From an uncultured virus (IMG/VR IMGVR_UViG_3300025695_000008) (Duplodnaviria; Heunggongvirae; Uroviricota; Caudoviricetes), in IMG/VR virus record IMGVR_UViG_3300025695_000008: DNA of 64,000 nt; one strand, 5' to 3'. This document shows positions 8,894 to 17,561 of the stretch, one piece after another. The notes beneath the pieces are model-generated. The model was not told the origin of the DNA. It saw nothing but the letters and a program-made list of their open reading frames with translations, and ran no database searches. The translations under genes were made by a program, and so were the position numbers. The first letter of the stretch is position 1, and every line of letters starts with the position of its first letter.

Positions 8894-8965
8894 TAGCCCG
8901 TAGGGGAATCGAACCCCTCTTACCAGGATGAAAACCTGGCGTCCTAGCCGATAGACGAACGGGCC
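8894..8965 (-). tRNA. tRNA-Glu(TTC)
   Basis: GGCCCGT/ACGGGCT stem, CCAGG-TT TTC AT-CCTGG, GGTTCGATTCC. Confidence 0.95.
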
Positions 8966-8969
8966 AAAT

Positions 8970-9089
8970 AAAGAGACACTTCGGGTCTTTCAAGGTTTCT
9001 GGTTAATGGTTTGCTTACGCTCGAACTACTCTAAACCCTTTTTCGTTCTTTTAGCACCACCATTAACTACAGCTTCACTGTATCTCTTT
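8970..9089 (-). ncRNA. candidate structured ncRNA B (possible pseudoknot)
   Basis: terminal stem AAAGAGATAC/GTGTCTCTTT, 9-bp inner stem GTTAATGGT/ACCATTAAC, loop GGGTTT complementary to downstream AGACCC. Confidence 0.55.
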
Positions 9090-9166
9090 TGGCGGTCTGG
9101 ACGGGACTCGAACCCGCGACCCCCTGCGTGACAGGCAGGTATTCTAACCAGCTGAACTACCAGACC
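9090..9166 (-). tRNA. tRNA-Asp(GTC)
   Basis: GGTCTGG/CCAGACC stem, CCTGC-CT GTC AC-GCAGG, encoded CCA. Confidence 0.96.
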
Positions 9167-9170
9167 ATAA

Positions 9171-9208
9171 ATAAAACTAAGTACCGAAGTGCTTAATTTT
9201 TTTTTATT
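9171..9208 (-). other. C(UUCG)G hairpin spacer between tRNA-Leu and tRNA-Asp
   Basis: TTAAGCAC-TTCG-GTACTTAG with A/T-rich stem extension. Confidence 0.55.
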
Positions 9209-9209
9209 G

Positions 9210-9293
9210 TACTCGGAGCGGGAATCGAACCCGCACTTCCAGATGGAAACAAGATTTTAAGTCTTGCGCGTCTACCAGTTCCGCCACCCGAGC
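9210..9293 (-). tRNA. tRNA-Leu(TAA)
   Basis: GCTCGGG/TCCGAGT stem, CAAGA-CT TAA AA-TCTTG, variable arm, GGTTCGATTCC. Confidence 0.95.
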
Positions 9294-9406
9294 ATAATTA
9301 ATAATAGAACACGTTTCACATTTTATTGTGTTCCAACTCTACGACCTTAATAGTTGTGAATCTAATTTTAAAGGTTTCCTCGGTGAAGAGTTTATTATTA
9401 ATTACA
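9294..9406 (-). ncRNA. candidate structured ncRNA C (tight three-way junction, loop-loop pairing)
   Basis: 12-bp terminal stem TAATTAATAATA/TATTATTAATTA, P2 AACTCT/AGAGTT, P3 GAACAC/GTGTTC, loop segments TTCACA/TGTGAA complementary. Confidence 0.6.
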
Positions 9407-9510
9407 TAAAAGAACTTTTAGTGATAACCAAATCACAATACAATGTTAATGATTAATACCAAATAAAACAAGATTATTCATCATTTTTTTATAATAATAA
9501 CCATGTCGAG

Positions 9511-9582
9511 TAGCCCCACCAAGAATCGAACTTGGAACTAATCTTTAGAAGAGATTTGTTATATCCATTTAACTACGGGGCC
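9511..9582 (-). tRNA. tRNA-Arg(TCT)
   Basis: GGCCCCG/TGGGGCT stem, AATCT-CT TCT AA-AGATT, AGTTCGATTCT. Confidence 0.93.
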
Positions 9583-9627
9583 GTTTGATTTTATAAATCT
9601 AGTTATTATTATCGAATTAACAATACT

Positions 9628-10485
9628 TTATTTGAAATATTTTTTCATATCTAATCCCATAACTTTCTCTATAACATCTTTAGGAACTTTAAACTCCTCA
9701 AAATCACCATTATCTTTAACCAAAACTATAACACAACCCATCAAACTTAGATTTTCATACTTACTACCTTTTAACATTTTAAGTATTAATCTACCGTAAA
9801 ATGGTAACTGTAGGTAATAGTGACCCAATGCGTTATCTGGGTGTTCCTGGAAAGGTTTCTTCATCTGTTTGGTCCATTTATTAACACGCATGTTTTTCTC
9901 TTTATTGGTTTTCCAATCAGTTATAACCATACCAAAACCCGTATTCTCTTTATTCATGATCAACCAAACTTTGTCAGGCTGACCTGTATACCCTAATTCT
10001 GGATCACCTAATACCATTTCAGTATCTAATAGTATAGCACCTCTTTTGTTCATTAAATCTAAGAATTTCTCTCCAGCCTCAACCATTGAGTTAGACTTCA
10101 TAGTTTGTTGTGTGTCTACTACAAATATGGGTTCCCTAACGCTTTTATAATTCCCATTAGATTCTATTAATTTTTTCTCTAAAATATAATGTACTCTAGA
10201 CCCCATATTGGTAGCGTATTCACCAGCGGCCTTCCATTCGTTTAATAATTCTTGTTGTACAGCTAAATCACCTTTAGCTTTTCTTAGTGATATTTCTTGG
10301 GCTGGGAATTCTGTATAGAAGTGTTTTAATACCTTTGATACAGATGGCCAGTCACTTCTTACGTCACCCTTATCATCTTTCATGAAATAGGTGTGGGTAT
10401 CTTCTATGAAGCTTAGGTTTAACTCCTTTTTTTTATCTTCAAATATTTCTCTTATCTCTTTTGATACTTGTTTTAAATCTACCAT
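9628..10485 (-). CDS. PD-(D/E)xK superfamily exonuclease
   Basis: SVSKVL, GSRVHYILE, TGQPD, ITDWKTN, YYLQLPFY motifs. Confidence 0.85.
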   Translation of the reverse strand: MVDLKQVSKEIREIFEDKKKELNLSFIEDTHTYFMKDDKGDVRSDWPSVSKVLKHFYTEFPAQEISLRKAKGDLAVQQELLNEWKAAGEYATNMGSRVHYILEKKLIESNGNYKSVREPIFVVDTQQTMKSNSMVEAGEKFLDLMNKRGAILLDTEMVLGDPELGYTGQPDKVWLIMNKENTGFGMVITDWKTNKEKNMRVNKWTKQMKKPFQEHPDNALGHYYLQLPFYGRLILKMLKGSKYENLSLMGCVIVLVKDNGDFEEFKVPKDVIEKVMGLDMKKYFK

Positions 10486-10523
10486 AATTTTATTTTTTAT
10501 TTTTTATCTATCACCTGATTATG

Positions 10524-10531
10524 CAAATATA
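10524..10531 (-). promoter_or_regulatory. Bacteroidota-type -7 element
   Basis: TATATTTG 38 nt upstream of ATG 10485. Confidence 0.55.
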
Positions 10532-10594
10532 ACATTTATTTACTTAACACGTAATATATTTACATTTTTATTTTTAACCCTACCTTTAATGTAT

Positions 10595-10906
10595 ATGAGC
10601 AGAATATATTTACTAGCTAACGATGAGTGGACTCAATTTAAGATTGGGATAACAAAAAAAACCACTTCTGAAAGAATTAAAGGTTTACAAACAGGCAATG
10701 GATCTGAAATTACTGTAATAAAGGAGTATAAGACTAATAACGCTAGGAGAATAGAATCTTACTTACACAGACTATACAAAAGTAAAAGGTTAGTGGGTGA
10801 GTGGTTCGATTTAGATGATGATGATATTAATAACTTCATTGATGTATGTATTAATATTGAAACATCGATCAATTACCTTAAAGAACATAACCCATTCTAC
10901 AAATAA
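10595..10906 (+). CDS. GIY-YIG-like T5orf172/MUG113 family protein (start probably 10595 or 10589, not 10391)
   Basis: IYLL...FKIGIT...ERIKGLQTGN...IESYLH...GEWF motif. Confidence 0.85.
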   Translation: MSRIYLLANDEWTQFKIGITKKTTSERIKGLQTGNGSEITVIKEYKTNNARRIESYLHRLYKSKRLVGEWFDLDDDDINNFIDVCINIETSINYLKEHNPFYK

Positions 10907-10907
10907 C

Positions 10908-11372
10908 TCATCTACATAATTTATCGGCACATTTACTGCTAGCCCATGCGTCTGGTTTACCAACCGCATCATAACCTTTAGATTTAGCGTAACTAATACC
11001 AGAATCATATAGTTGATTAGATTTACATTTTGGGTCTGGGTTGTAATCCAGGTGTATAGTTACCTTAACCCCTAAATCACCTATTTCATCAGCTACATTT
11101 ACCGCTCTGACCACTTCAGACCAGAGCTTAGAATACATATAATCTGTTTGTTTACCTTTGTTAGGTTTGGTTAAAGTATCTTTAGTATGTACAACATGAG
11201 CACCTTTACCTATCTCGTAAAGACATATGACTGTAACGTAATTTATCCCCATTTTAACTTCCTGAGAATCGCAACCAACATAAATTTCGGATTTAGGGTG
11301 CACCTTTAACCATTTAATTATGTAAACAGACACATCTTTAATAATGTTACCAGATATATCTCTAAAAACCAT
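10908..11372 (-). CDS. RNase H-like YkuK (DUF458) family protein
   Basis: IYVGCDSQ, KLWSEV, IHLDYN, KPDAWASSKCAD motifs. Confidence 0.85.
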   Translation of the reverse strand: MVFRDISGNIIKDVSVYIIKWLKVHPKSEIYVGCDSQEVKMGINYVTVICLYEIGKGAHVVHTKDTLTKPNKGKQTDYMYSKLWSEVVRAVNVADEIGDLGVKVTIHLDYNPDPKCKSNQLYDSGISYAKSKGYDAVGKPDAWASSKCADKLCR

Positions 11373-11377
11373 AGACC

Positions 11378-12967
11378 TTAGATATCAAAGGTGGTGAATT
11401 TACTTTCTCCGTTTTTGTTTTCTATGAAATTAATGTGTTGAGCCTTTCCGTCTTGATGTATAATTACGTGTGATTGTAGCCATGAGCTAGGTCCTATATT
11501 GTACCCAACTCTGAGTCTTGTTGAGGTACCTACAGCCAATGCACCATCTTTTCTACCAGGTGAGTGATAATGACCTACAATTATCTTAGTGTTTAGGTTC
11601 CTGAACTGTAAAAGGGACCCTCTACTACCATTAGACCCAACATCACCGTGTTGACCCAACTCCCAATTCTTAACAATATAAGATGCATTTCTGCCCAATG
11701 TTTTGAATTTAGGGAATCTTTTGTTTATAATCTCTGGGATAACCCCTTTAACATCTCTTTCACCATATTGTCTTAATAACATTGCACTATACTCCATATA
11801 CACTAAAGAGTTCTTTTGAGTAGGTTGTTTTTTCCAATCTTCGTTCTTTAACCATCTATCTAAGAAATCATCGTGATTACTCCTTACAATAACAACATTC
11901 TTATAATCTTTAAAACTCTCTAGACCCTCCATCATATTATCAACCTCATTTTTTAATGAGTTCGTACCATCTAGTTCTTTAGCGTATTGAATAAAAGGAT
12001 CTTTCATCTGATGGTGACTAATAGAATCCCCATCGAATACATCGTGTAGCACAACGTTTTCTGGTTTAATCTTAGTTAGGAACTTGTGGGTGGTATCGAT
12101 CACCTTTTGGTCATGGTGACCATAATGTAAATCACCTAAAACGATAGCTGCTATAGAATCTATCTTTTTAACTTTACCTTTGGTTACGTTGTAACATAAG
12201 TCAGTGAAGTTACCAGTTTTATCATCAGCAGTAACTTGTCTAACATAGAAAGTCTCTTCATCATCTATTTCAACTAAAACAAAACCATATGTATGGTGAA
12301 ATTCACCTTTTTTACCTGCTTTAGAGTCGGTGTAGTTCATTTTGGTTACCGCACCAGTAGTAAGCATCATTTTAGGTTTATTACCCTCTAATACGGGTAT
12401 CATCTCCATTTGTACTTTAGGTGCGCCGAAAACACATGAATTAGCTCCGCTTACGCCCCTCAAACCACTCATTGGGTTTATCGCAGTGGGTTGCATCTTA
12501 ATGTCTGACATTATAGATAGGTATTTGTGGACATTATGTCTACCAGCGTCCATATATTTCTCTATCTCTGGTACCCAGAAATCTTCGTCCCTATCGTTAA
12601 AGACTGATGTTGGGTTTTGGTATCTACCCAGTATGATGTGTATATCCGCACCTATAAATTTAGCGTATGCCTCCATGTTATCGTAAAAACCTTTATGCAC
12701 TGGAGTGTTATTTTGTCCCCAAGTGATAATAAATCTTTTTTTACTTTTATCGACTATACGTTGTTTTGCTGATTGGTATTGTTCTGGTTCAACCTCTACC
12801 TTTTCTTTAAAACCTAATTTTTCTGAACACCACTTTCTTACAGTCCTTTCTGACTTACCAAATAAAGCCTTAAGTGACTCCATCCTATCATCCCAAGACA
12901 TCTCTTTATTTAGATATATCTCCTTAGCTTTATTAATATCTGACTCTGTTAAATCTTTAAACCTCAT
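11378..12967 (-). CDS. T5 A1-like metallophosphoesterase/nuclease with N-terminal HTH
   Basis: GDLH, HDVFDG, SNHDDFL, HGD, GHYHSP motifs; KAGKKGEFHH and GYNIGPSSW segments recalled from A1-like proteins; FGKSERTVRKW HTH. Confidence 0.75.
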   Translation of the reverse strand: MRFKDLTESDINKAKEIYLNKEMSWDDRMESLKALFGKSERTVRKWCSEKLGFKEKVEVEPEQYQSAKQRIVDKSKKRFIITWGQNNTPVHKGFYDNMEAYAKFIGADIHIILGRYQNPTSVFNDRDEDFWVPEIEKYMDAGRHNVHKYLSIMSDIKMQPTAINPMSGLRGVSGANSCVFGAPKVQMEMIPVLEGNKPKMMLTTGAVTKMNYTDSKAGKKGEFHHTYGFVLVEIDDEETFYVRQVTADDKTGNFTDLCYNVTKGKVKKIDSIAAIVLGDLHYGHHDQKVIDTTHKFLTKIKPENVVLHDVFDGDSISHHQMKDPFIQYAKELDGTNSLKNEVDNMMEGLESFKDYKNVVIVRSNHDDFLDRWLKNEDWKKQPTQKNSLVYMEYSAMLLRQYGERDVKGVIPEIINKRFPKFKTLGRNASYIVKNWELGQHGDVGSNGSRGSLLQFRNLNTKIIVGHYHSPGRKDGALAVGTSTRLRVGYNIGPSSWLQSHVIIHQDGKAQHINFIENKNGESKFTTFDI

Positions 12968-12987
12968 ATATATATATTTTTTTTTGT

Positions 12988-13392
12988 TTATAGGAACTCC
13001 TCGTACTTTTTGTTATAAGCTTCTATAAGTGCGTATTTTTCGTTATAAGCTTCGATAAGTTTTTCATGAACATCAACTAACCCATCAATCTCACTAAATT
13101 TATCCATCCAAAGTTTAGTCATTGTGGTTTGTTCTAAACTATCGTTAGATTGCCCCAGCATCGTCATGTAATATGGTTCGACCATGTTTATTAGATTGGT
13201 CTGTTCTTCAATTATTTCAGCCCTCTTAATATTAAATTCATCCCTTAACGAATCTAGTTCATTATTAGTCTTTAAGATCAAACTCTTTAATTCCTCTTCT
13301 TCGGGACTAGAATTAACAATCCCAGACAAATTAACCCCATCTTTTATTAACTTGTTTACAGACCACCTAGCTATTTTATACGTTAAACCCAT
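12988..13392 (-). CDS. hypothetical coiled-coil protein
   Basis: 134 aa with C-terminal duplicated LIEAYN(E/K)KY. Confidence 0.65.
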   Translation of the reverse strand: MGLTYKIARWSVNKLIKDGVNLSGIVNSSPEEEELKSLILKTNNELDSLRDEFNIKRAEIIEEQTNLINMVEPYYMTMLGQSNDSLEQTTMTKLWMDKFSEIDGLVDVHEKLIEAYNEKYALIEAYNKKYEEFL

Positions 13393-13436
13393 ATTTTTTT
13401 ATAATAATAATAATTAATTTTTTAAAAACCAAATAT

Positions 13437-13826
13437 TTATTTTTTTTCTTGCCATTCTCTATACAGTCTATAGCTATCTGAATCATAGTGTTCAGTCGAT
13501 ACTTCAAACAAAGTACCATCTGTTAAGGCTAATATTTGATGTGGTTGCCCAGGTAGTTGTCTAACGGTATCACCTTCAACCAAGTGTTGTTCGTTAACTT
13601 CACCCGTTTCAGTATCAATCCATCTATATGTAAACTCACCTTCTTGTACATACCAGGTTTCGTCTTTAATTAAGTGGTAGTGCATACTAAAATTACAACC
13701 CTTTTTAAATACCAATAATTTACCACAATAAAGTTCATTATTTTCAAATATTATCTCGTGACCCCATCCTTTGGGTACAGTGCATTCTTTGCACTCCTTT
13801 GCGTTAAAAACTATTGGTTTATCCAT
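13437..13826 (-). CDS. cupin-domain protein (sugar isomerase-like)
   Basis: VPKGWGHE, YCGKLL, SMHYHLIKDETW, PGQPH, EVST. Confidence 0.85.
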   Translation of the reverse strand: MDKPIVFNAKECKECTVPKGWGHEIIFENNELYCGKLLVFKKGCNFSMHYHLIKDETWYVQEGEFTYRWIDTETGEVNEQHLVEGDTVRQLPGQPHQILALTDGTLFEVSTEHYDSDSYRLYREWQEKK

Positions 13827-14076
13827 TTCCTACTTCTTTTTCTGAACTCTCTTCTTTACTAAAGAGTTTTAATGTGTTTATAATAATCTCAGATTCTTCA
13901 AGGGAGAACACCCCTTTTGATTGCGCATAGCGCATAGCAGCATTTACCACTAATATTATTTCTGCTTCAGAACCAGATTTTACCTGGTCTAGAAACCCTT
14001 GGTATTCTTCGTCAGACATATACGCCAACATACCAAACAATACACCTTTTGGTTTTTTTTCTTCGTTATCACTCAT
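13819..14076 (-). CDS. hypothetical protein
   Basis: 85 aa, GVFSLEESEII. Confidence 0.7.
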   Translation of the reverse strand: MSDNEEKKPKGVLFGMLAYMSDEEYQGFLDQVKSGSEAEIILVVNAAMRYAQSKGVFSLEESEIIINTLKLFSKEESSEKEVGNG

Positions 14077-14122
14077 GTGTTATAATCGTATTAATTAAAA
14101 TTTATAATACAATTATAGTAAA

Positions 14123-14368
14123 TTAATCGTGAATAAAAAAGTCTTCTATATTAATTTTTTGGAATTGTTCGTCCAGTAAGACGTTGTTTTTCTTTTTATA
14201 CCTACATTTATAGATGTTGAAAATTAGGTTAGGTAAATATATTAAATAAAATAGGACCGTAAACGAATCTAGTGGGTTATCCATAAACAAGGTAGTCGGT
14301 GATAATATTATTAATATATCAAAAATAAAACTACTTATCTCTATTCTATTGTTAACCTTTTTTTTCAT
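14123..14368 (-). CDS. hypothetical membrane protein
   Basis: 81 aa, two hydrophobic segments. Confidence 0.5.
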   Translation of the reverse strand: MKKKVNNRIEISSFIFDILIILSPTTLFMDNPLDSFTVLFYLIYLPNLIFNIYKCRYKKKNNVLLDEQFQKINIEDFFIHD

Positions 14369-14372
14369 AGTA

Positions 14373-15539
14373 TTATGATACGACTCTTCTAATTTTACCA
14401 GCTAAAAAGTCTTTGTAATTGGGTCCTTTTAGTATTATAATCTCGTTACCCTCTCTTTTAAAACTAAATATACCCGCTGATTCGGCTGAATCTAGTAGCG
14501 TTTGTAAATACCCTTGCTTATGTTTAAGATTATTTTGTTCAAAAAAATCATCTAGAATAGGTTTTTTAGCGACACTTATAAAGCTAATTAAATCCAACAA
14601 TATCTTATTCTTATTGGGTGAACTAAATGAATAGGAGAAACTAGGGTTATCCGTTTTCCAAAATATATATTCTGTGTTAAATGGTTCTAGTGTTATGACT
14701 CTGTTGTCAATAAACTTCTTAAGTAAATTTATGTAAGTCTTTCTTATAAACTTCTCAGCTAAAAAAGCGTCTGTTGGTATACTGTATACCTCGAAGAAGT
14801 CCTCTATTAATACCTCACCTTTCCTTGTCTTTACTTTAAGTTTTATCTTATTAGTATCATTAGGGAATAAAATAGTCTCGATCAAAATATTGTTGGTCAT
14901 ATCAGTTTCCCATGTGATGGCTAATTTACCATCATCTTTTAGGGTTTTGGTAGGTTTCCAGTTACCAGCATCACTCTTTATAGTATATTCATTGAATTTG
15001 GTTTCAAAAACAGACTTTAACAATAGATCCACTCTTTTAGGGTTTTGAGTTTTTTCTGATTTTGCTTCATCGGGTATGTGCTTTGTTTGGTCTTTACTTG
15101 GTTCTTTATTTAAAGGTACATCGCTAACCGTATTGATCTCAGCACTATTAGTAACCTTTTGTTTACCTAAATCCGCATCTATTTCACTAAATAAGTCTTC
15201 CAATAACTCATCGAACTCCCTTAATATAGGGATATTTATTTCGTAACCATCATAGAAGTTTGTGGTGTTTATGTCGATAACCTCAGTGTCAATTAAATAA
15301 CCAGATTCATTAAGGACGTTTGATACCCTATTATATAAAAAATCGTTTAAGTATGTGTCGATATTAGAGTCATTAAAGTTGTTAGTAACACTTCTTATTT
15401 CATCAATAGTTATCACTTCTCTATAAATACCGCTATTAGTATCTCTATCATAAGATATGGAAACTCTGTTGTTAGGTGATTTACCTTCAATTAATATTTT
15501 ATTAATTATTTCTTTTCTATATTGATCTGAATTTTTCAT
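14373..15539 (-). CDS. hypothetical protein, possible head-associated
   Basis: 388 aa, ILIE/VLNES motifs, TATTTATA upstream at 15563-15570. Confidence 0.65.
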   Translation of the reverse strand: MKNSDQYRKEIINKILIEGKSPNNRVSISYDRDTNSGIYREVITIDEIRSVTNNFNDSNIDTYLNDFLYNRVSNVLNESGYLIDTEVIDINTTNFYDGYEINIPILREFDELLEDLFSEIDADLGKQKVTNSAEINTVSDVPLNKEPSKDQTKHIPDEAKSEKTQNPKRVDLLLKSVFETKFNEYTIKSDAGNWKPTKTLKDDGKLAITWETDMTNNILIETILFPNDTNKIKLKVKTRKGEVLIEDFFEVYSIPTDAFLAEKFIRKTYINLLKKFIDNRVITLEPFNTEYIFWKTDNPSFSYSFSSPNKNKILLDLISFISVAKKPILDDFFEQNNLKHKQGYLQTLLDSAESAGIFSFKREGNEIIILKGPNYKDFLAGKIRRVVS

Positions 15540-15614
15540 AGTATTATATATGTGGCTACTAATATAAATATATGGTTTTTTACCTTTATTACTTTATATA
15601 AATATACTAGTATT

Positions 15615-15815
15615 ATGTTAATGGATTTAGAGGTTAGAACATATAATAATTTAGTAGAGGTTCACGTAATTGACGCTGTTAATGGTAGACCTATATCTAT
15701 TAAAACCTCTAATAAGTCTTCGGTTAATTCATTAATACGTGACTTAATGGTTAAATTCCCCGTAACTAAAATCTACAAGTCTAACAAACAATTACTAATT
15801 AGTCATCGTATTTGA
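15615..15815 (+). CDS. small hypothetical protein (start likely 15615 or 15621)
   Basis: fills gap between divergent/convergent genes; globular-looking sequence. Confidence 0.5.
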   Translation: MLMDLEVRTYNNLVEVHVIDAVNGRPISIKTSNKSSVNSLIRDLMVKFPVTKIYKSNKQLLISHRI

Positions 15816-17502
15816 TAATAGTAACCTCATTAGACCTCTTGTTATTATTTAATTCTTTCATTAGACTATCATTTACATCCGTATAATCTAAACATATAAC
15901 CACAATATCTGACATCCCGCTCAACTCTTTAGGTACTTTACTTAATTTAGGGTTTGAATGTAAATCTATTAAATATAGGTTACTACAATTTAATATACCA
16001 TCATCCAATGATTTTACATTACAATTGGATGCTGTCAACCTATTTAAATTAACCAAAGTATTTAAACCTTTGGGTAGTTTAGTTAATTTTTTATTATAAT
16101 CTAACATTAGGGCTGTTAATGAAGTTAAACCCGTTAAATCTAAATCATTATCCACACCACAATTAGATATGTCTAGGAATTCTAACGCTTCTAAGTTTTT
16201 TATCCAGGTTGGGATCACGCTTATTAGGTTATTCCTCAACTTTAGGTATTTTAATTTATTAAGTTTACTAATGTTATGTGGTAATTCGGTTAACGAACAA
16301 TCTGATAGGTCTAACTTTTCCAAACTATTTATTTCACCTAAACCATTTAATAAATCATCATCTAGCCTAGTACCACAAAAATCTAAAGATTTGGGTTTAG
16401 ACTCTTTCAATATATCTACCACTGAACCACCATAACCTAAATTAAGTAAAAACTTGATGATTTTTGACGAGTCTTTATCATCATTAAATTTATTAGGTAG
16501 GACCACTTTAGTTATATAACTCTTAAAGTAATTCTTAACTCCAGTGTTATCAAATAAAAAACTATTTATATCTATAGTACTGTTAGTGGCATCCATATAT
16601 TGTTGGTCCTGAAAATGAAATTGTAACCTATTTAATGGGTTTTTTTTTATGGACGCCTTAGAACCATTACCCTTACTTATTAAAACAAATAAATCACCTC
16701 TACTGGTGTATGATTTAAACATGTTAGTGTATTTAGTACCTGAAGTACACCATGTTGCGTATTTACCGAACTCTACATTAGCCTTTTCGTCATCCGTTTT
16801 AACAATTACCCAATAATCATCTTCAAATAATAGTGTGGCCATCCCCACTTCACTATCATAATTACCCTTGTCCCTCTTAAAGTTTTCCGCATTTTGGATA
16901 CATTTAAGCTCCCTATGCGTTAATGTGTGTGTATTGACATCATCATCATCATTTAATACGTTGTAAGGTGCTAAGGTTTGATTTAAGGTCTCGTAATTTA
17001 CATATTTGTTTACATCTCTTTTATCAAGACTGAGAACCTTTGTTTTTTTTATGAAACTAAGTGTTTCTAGTGAAGATTTAACACTACTCATTAAATCCTC
17101 GTAGAAGTTACGTATGTTTAAGGGAAAACCTTCCCATATATGATCATCTGGTTTTTTATCTAACCCTGAGATATGTTCTCCGATCAATATTAACTGTTTT
17201 TTATATAAACCAATCAACCAACTTAGATTTTCTTTGTTTGGGGTGGGATCGCAGTCTACCAACCAATTAAAAGTAAGTTTCATAGCGCTATTTTCTTCTG
17301 AATCAATATATTTGCTGGTTACGCCCAGATCCTCTAATAAAGAGAATAACATAACGTCTATGTGGTCATCAATTAAATTTAATTTATATACGACACTTAA
17401 GTTATCGTCTATTTTATTTAATTGTCCCCTTTTTATCGCTTTTTTATACGTTGGTTTGAAAAAGTTTTCGTATAGATAATCGATTCTAGATTTTTTAACC
17501 AT
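15799..17502 (-). CDS. leucine-rich-repeat protein with phage-type DPT/WCT N-terminal domains
   Basis: about 7-8 LxxLxLxxN/C repeats in the C-terminal third; DPTPNK..LSWL and ATWCTS motifs. Confidence 0.85.
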   Translation of the reverse strand: MVKKSRIDYLYENFFKPTYKKAIKRGQLNKIDDNLSVVYKLNLIDDHIDVMLFSLLEDLGVTSKYIDSEENSAMKLTFNWLVDCDPTPNKENLSWLIGLYKKQLILIGEHISGLDKKPDDHIWEGFPLNIRNFYEDLMSSVKSSLETLSFIKKTKVLSLDKRDVNKYVNYETLNQTLAPYNVLNDDDDVNTHTLTHRELKCIQNAENFKRDKGNYDSEVGMATLLFEDDYWVIVKTDDEKANVEFGKYATWCTSGTKYTNMFKSYTSRGDLFVLISKGNGSKASIKKNPLNRLQFHFQDQQYMDATNSTIDINSFLFDNTGVKNYFKSYITKVVLPNKFNDDKDSSKIIKFLLNLGYGGSVVDILKESKPKSLDFCGTRLDDDLLNGLGEINSLEKLDLSDCSLTELPHNISKLNKLKYLKLRNNLISVIPTWIKNLEALEFLDISNCGVDNDLDLTGLTSLTALMLDYNKKLTKLPKGLNTLVNLNRLTASNCNVKSLDDGILNCSNLYLIDLHSNPKLSKVPKELSGMSDIVVICLDYTDVNDSLMKELNNNKRSNEVTIIKYDD

Positions 17503-17528
17503 TACACATAATTTAATACTTTGTTATA

Positions 17529-17560
17529 CAAAGATATATTAAAGTATTAAATTAAACAAA
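17529..17560 (-). promoter_or_regulatory. Bacteroidota-type promoter
   Basis: TTTG-N20-TATCTTTG upstream of LRR gene. Confidence 0.7.
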
Positions 17561-17561
17561 T

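Noticed and set aside
8794..9406. Hammerhead or theta/HDV ribozyme identity for the spacer RNAs
   Set aside because: No CUGANGA/GAAA core seen and no nested HDV double pseudoknot found by eye; needs covariance-model search to exclude fully
9628..10485. Cas4 call for the PD-(D/E)xK nucleases (also 42897-43640)
   Set aside because: No four-cysteine Fe-S motif and no array nearby
10391..10588. N-terminal extension of the T5orf172 ORF
   Set aside because: Overlaps the divergent gene and its promoter; the domain begins at about 10595
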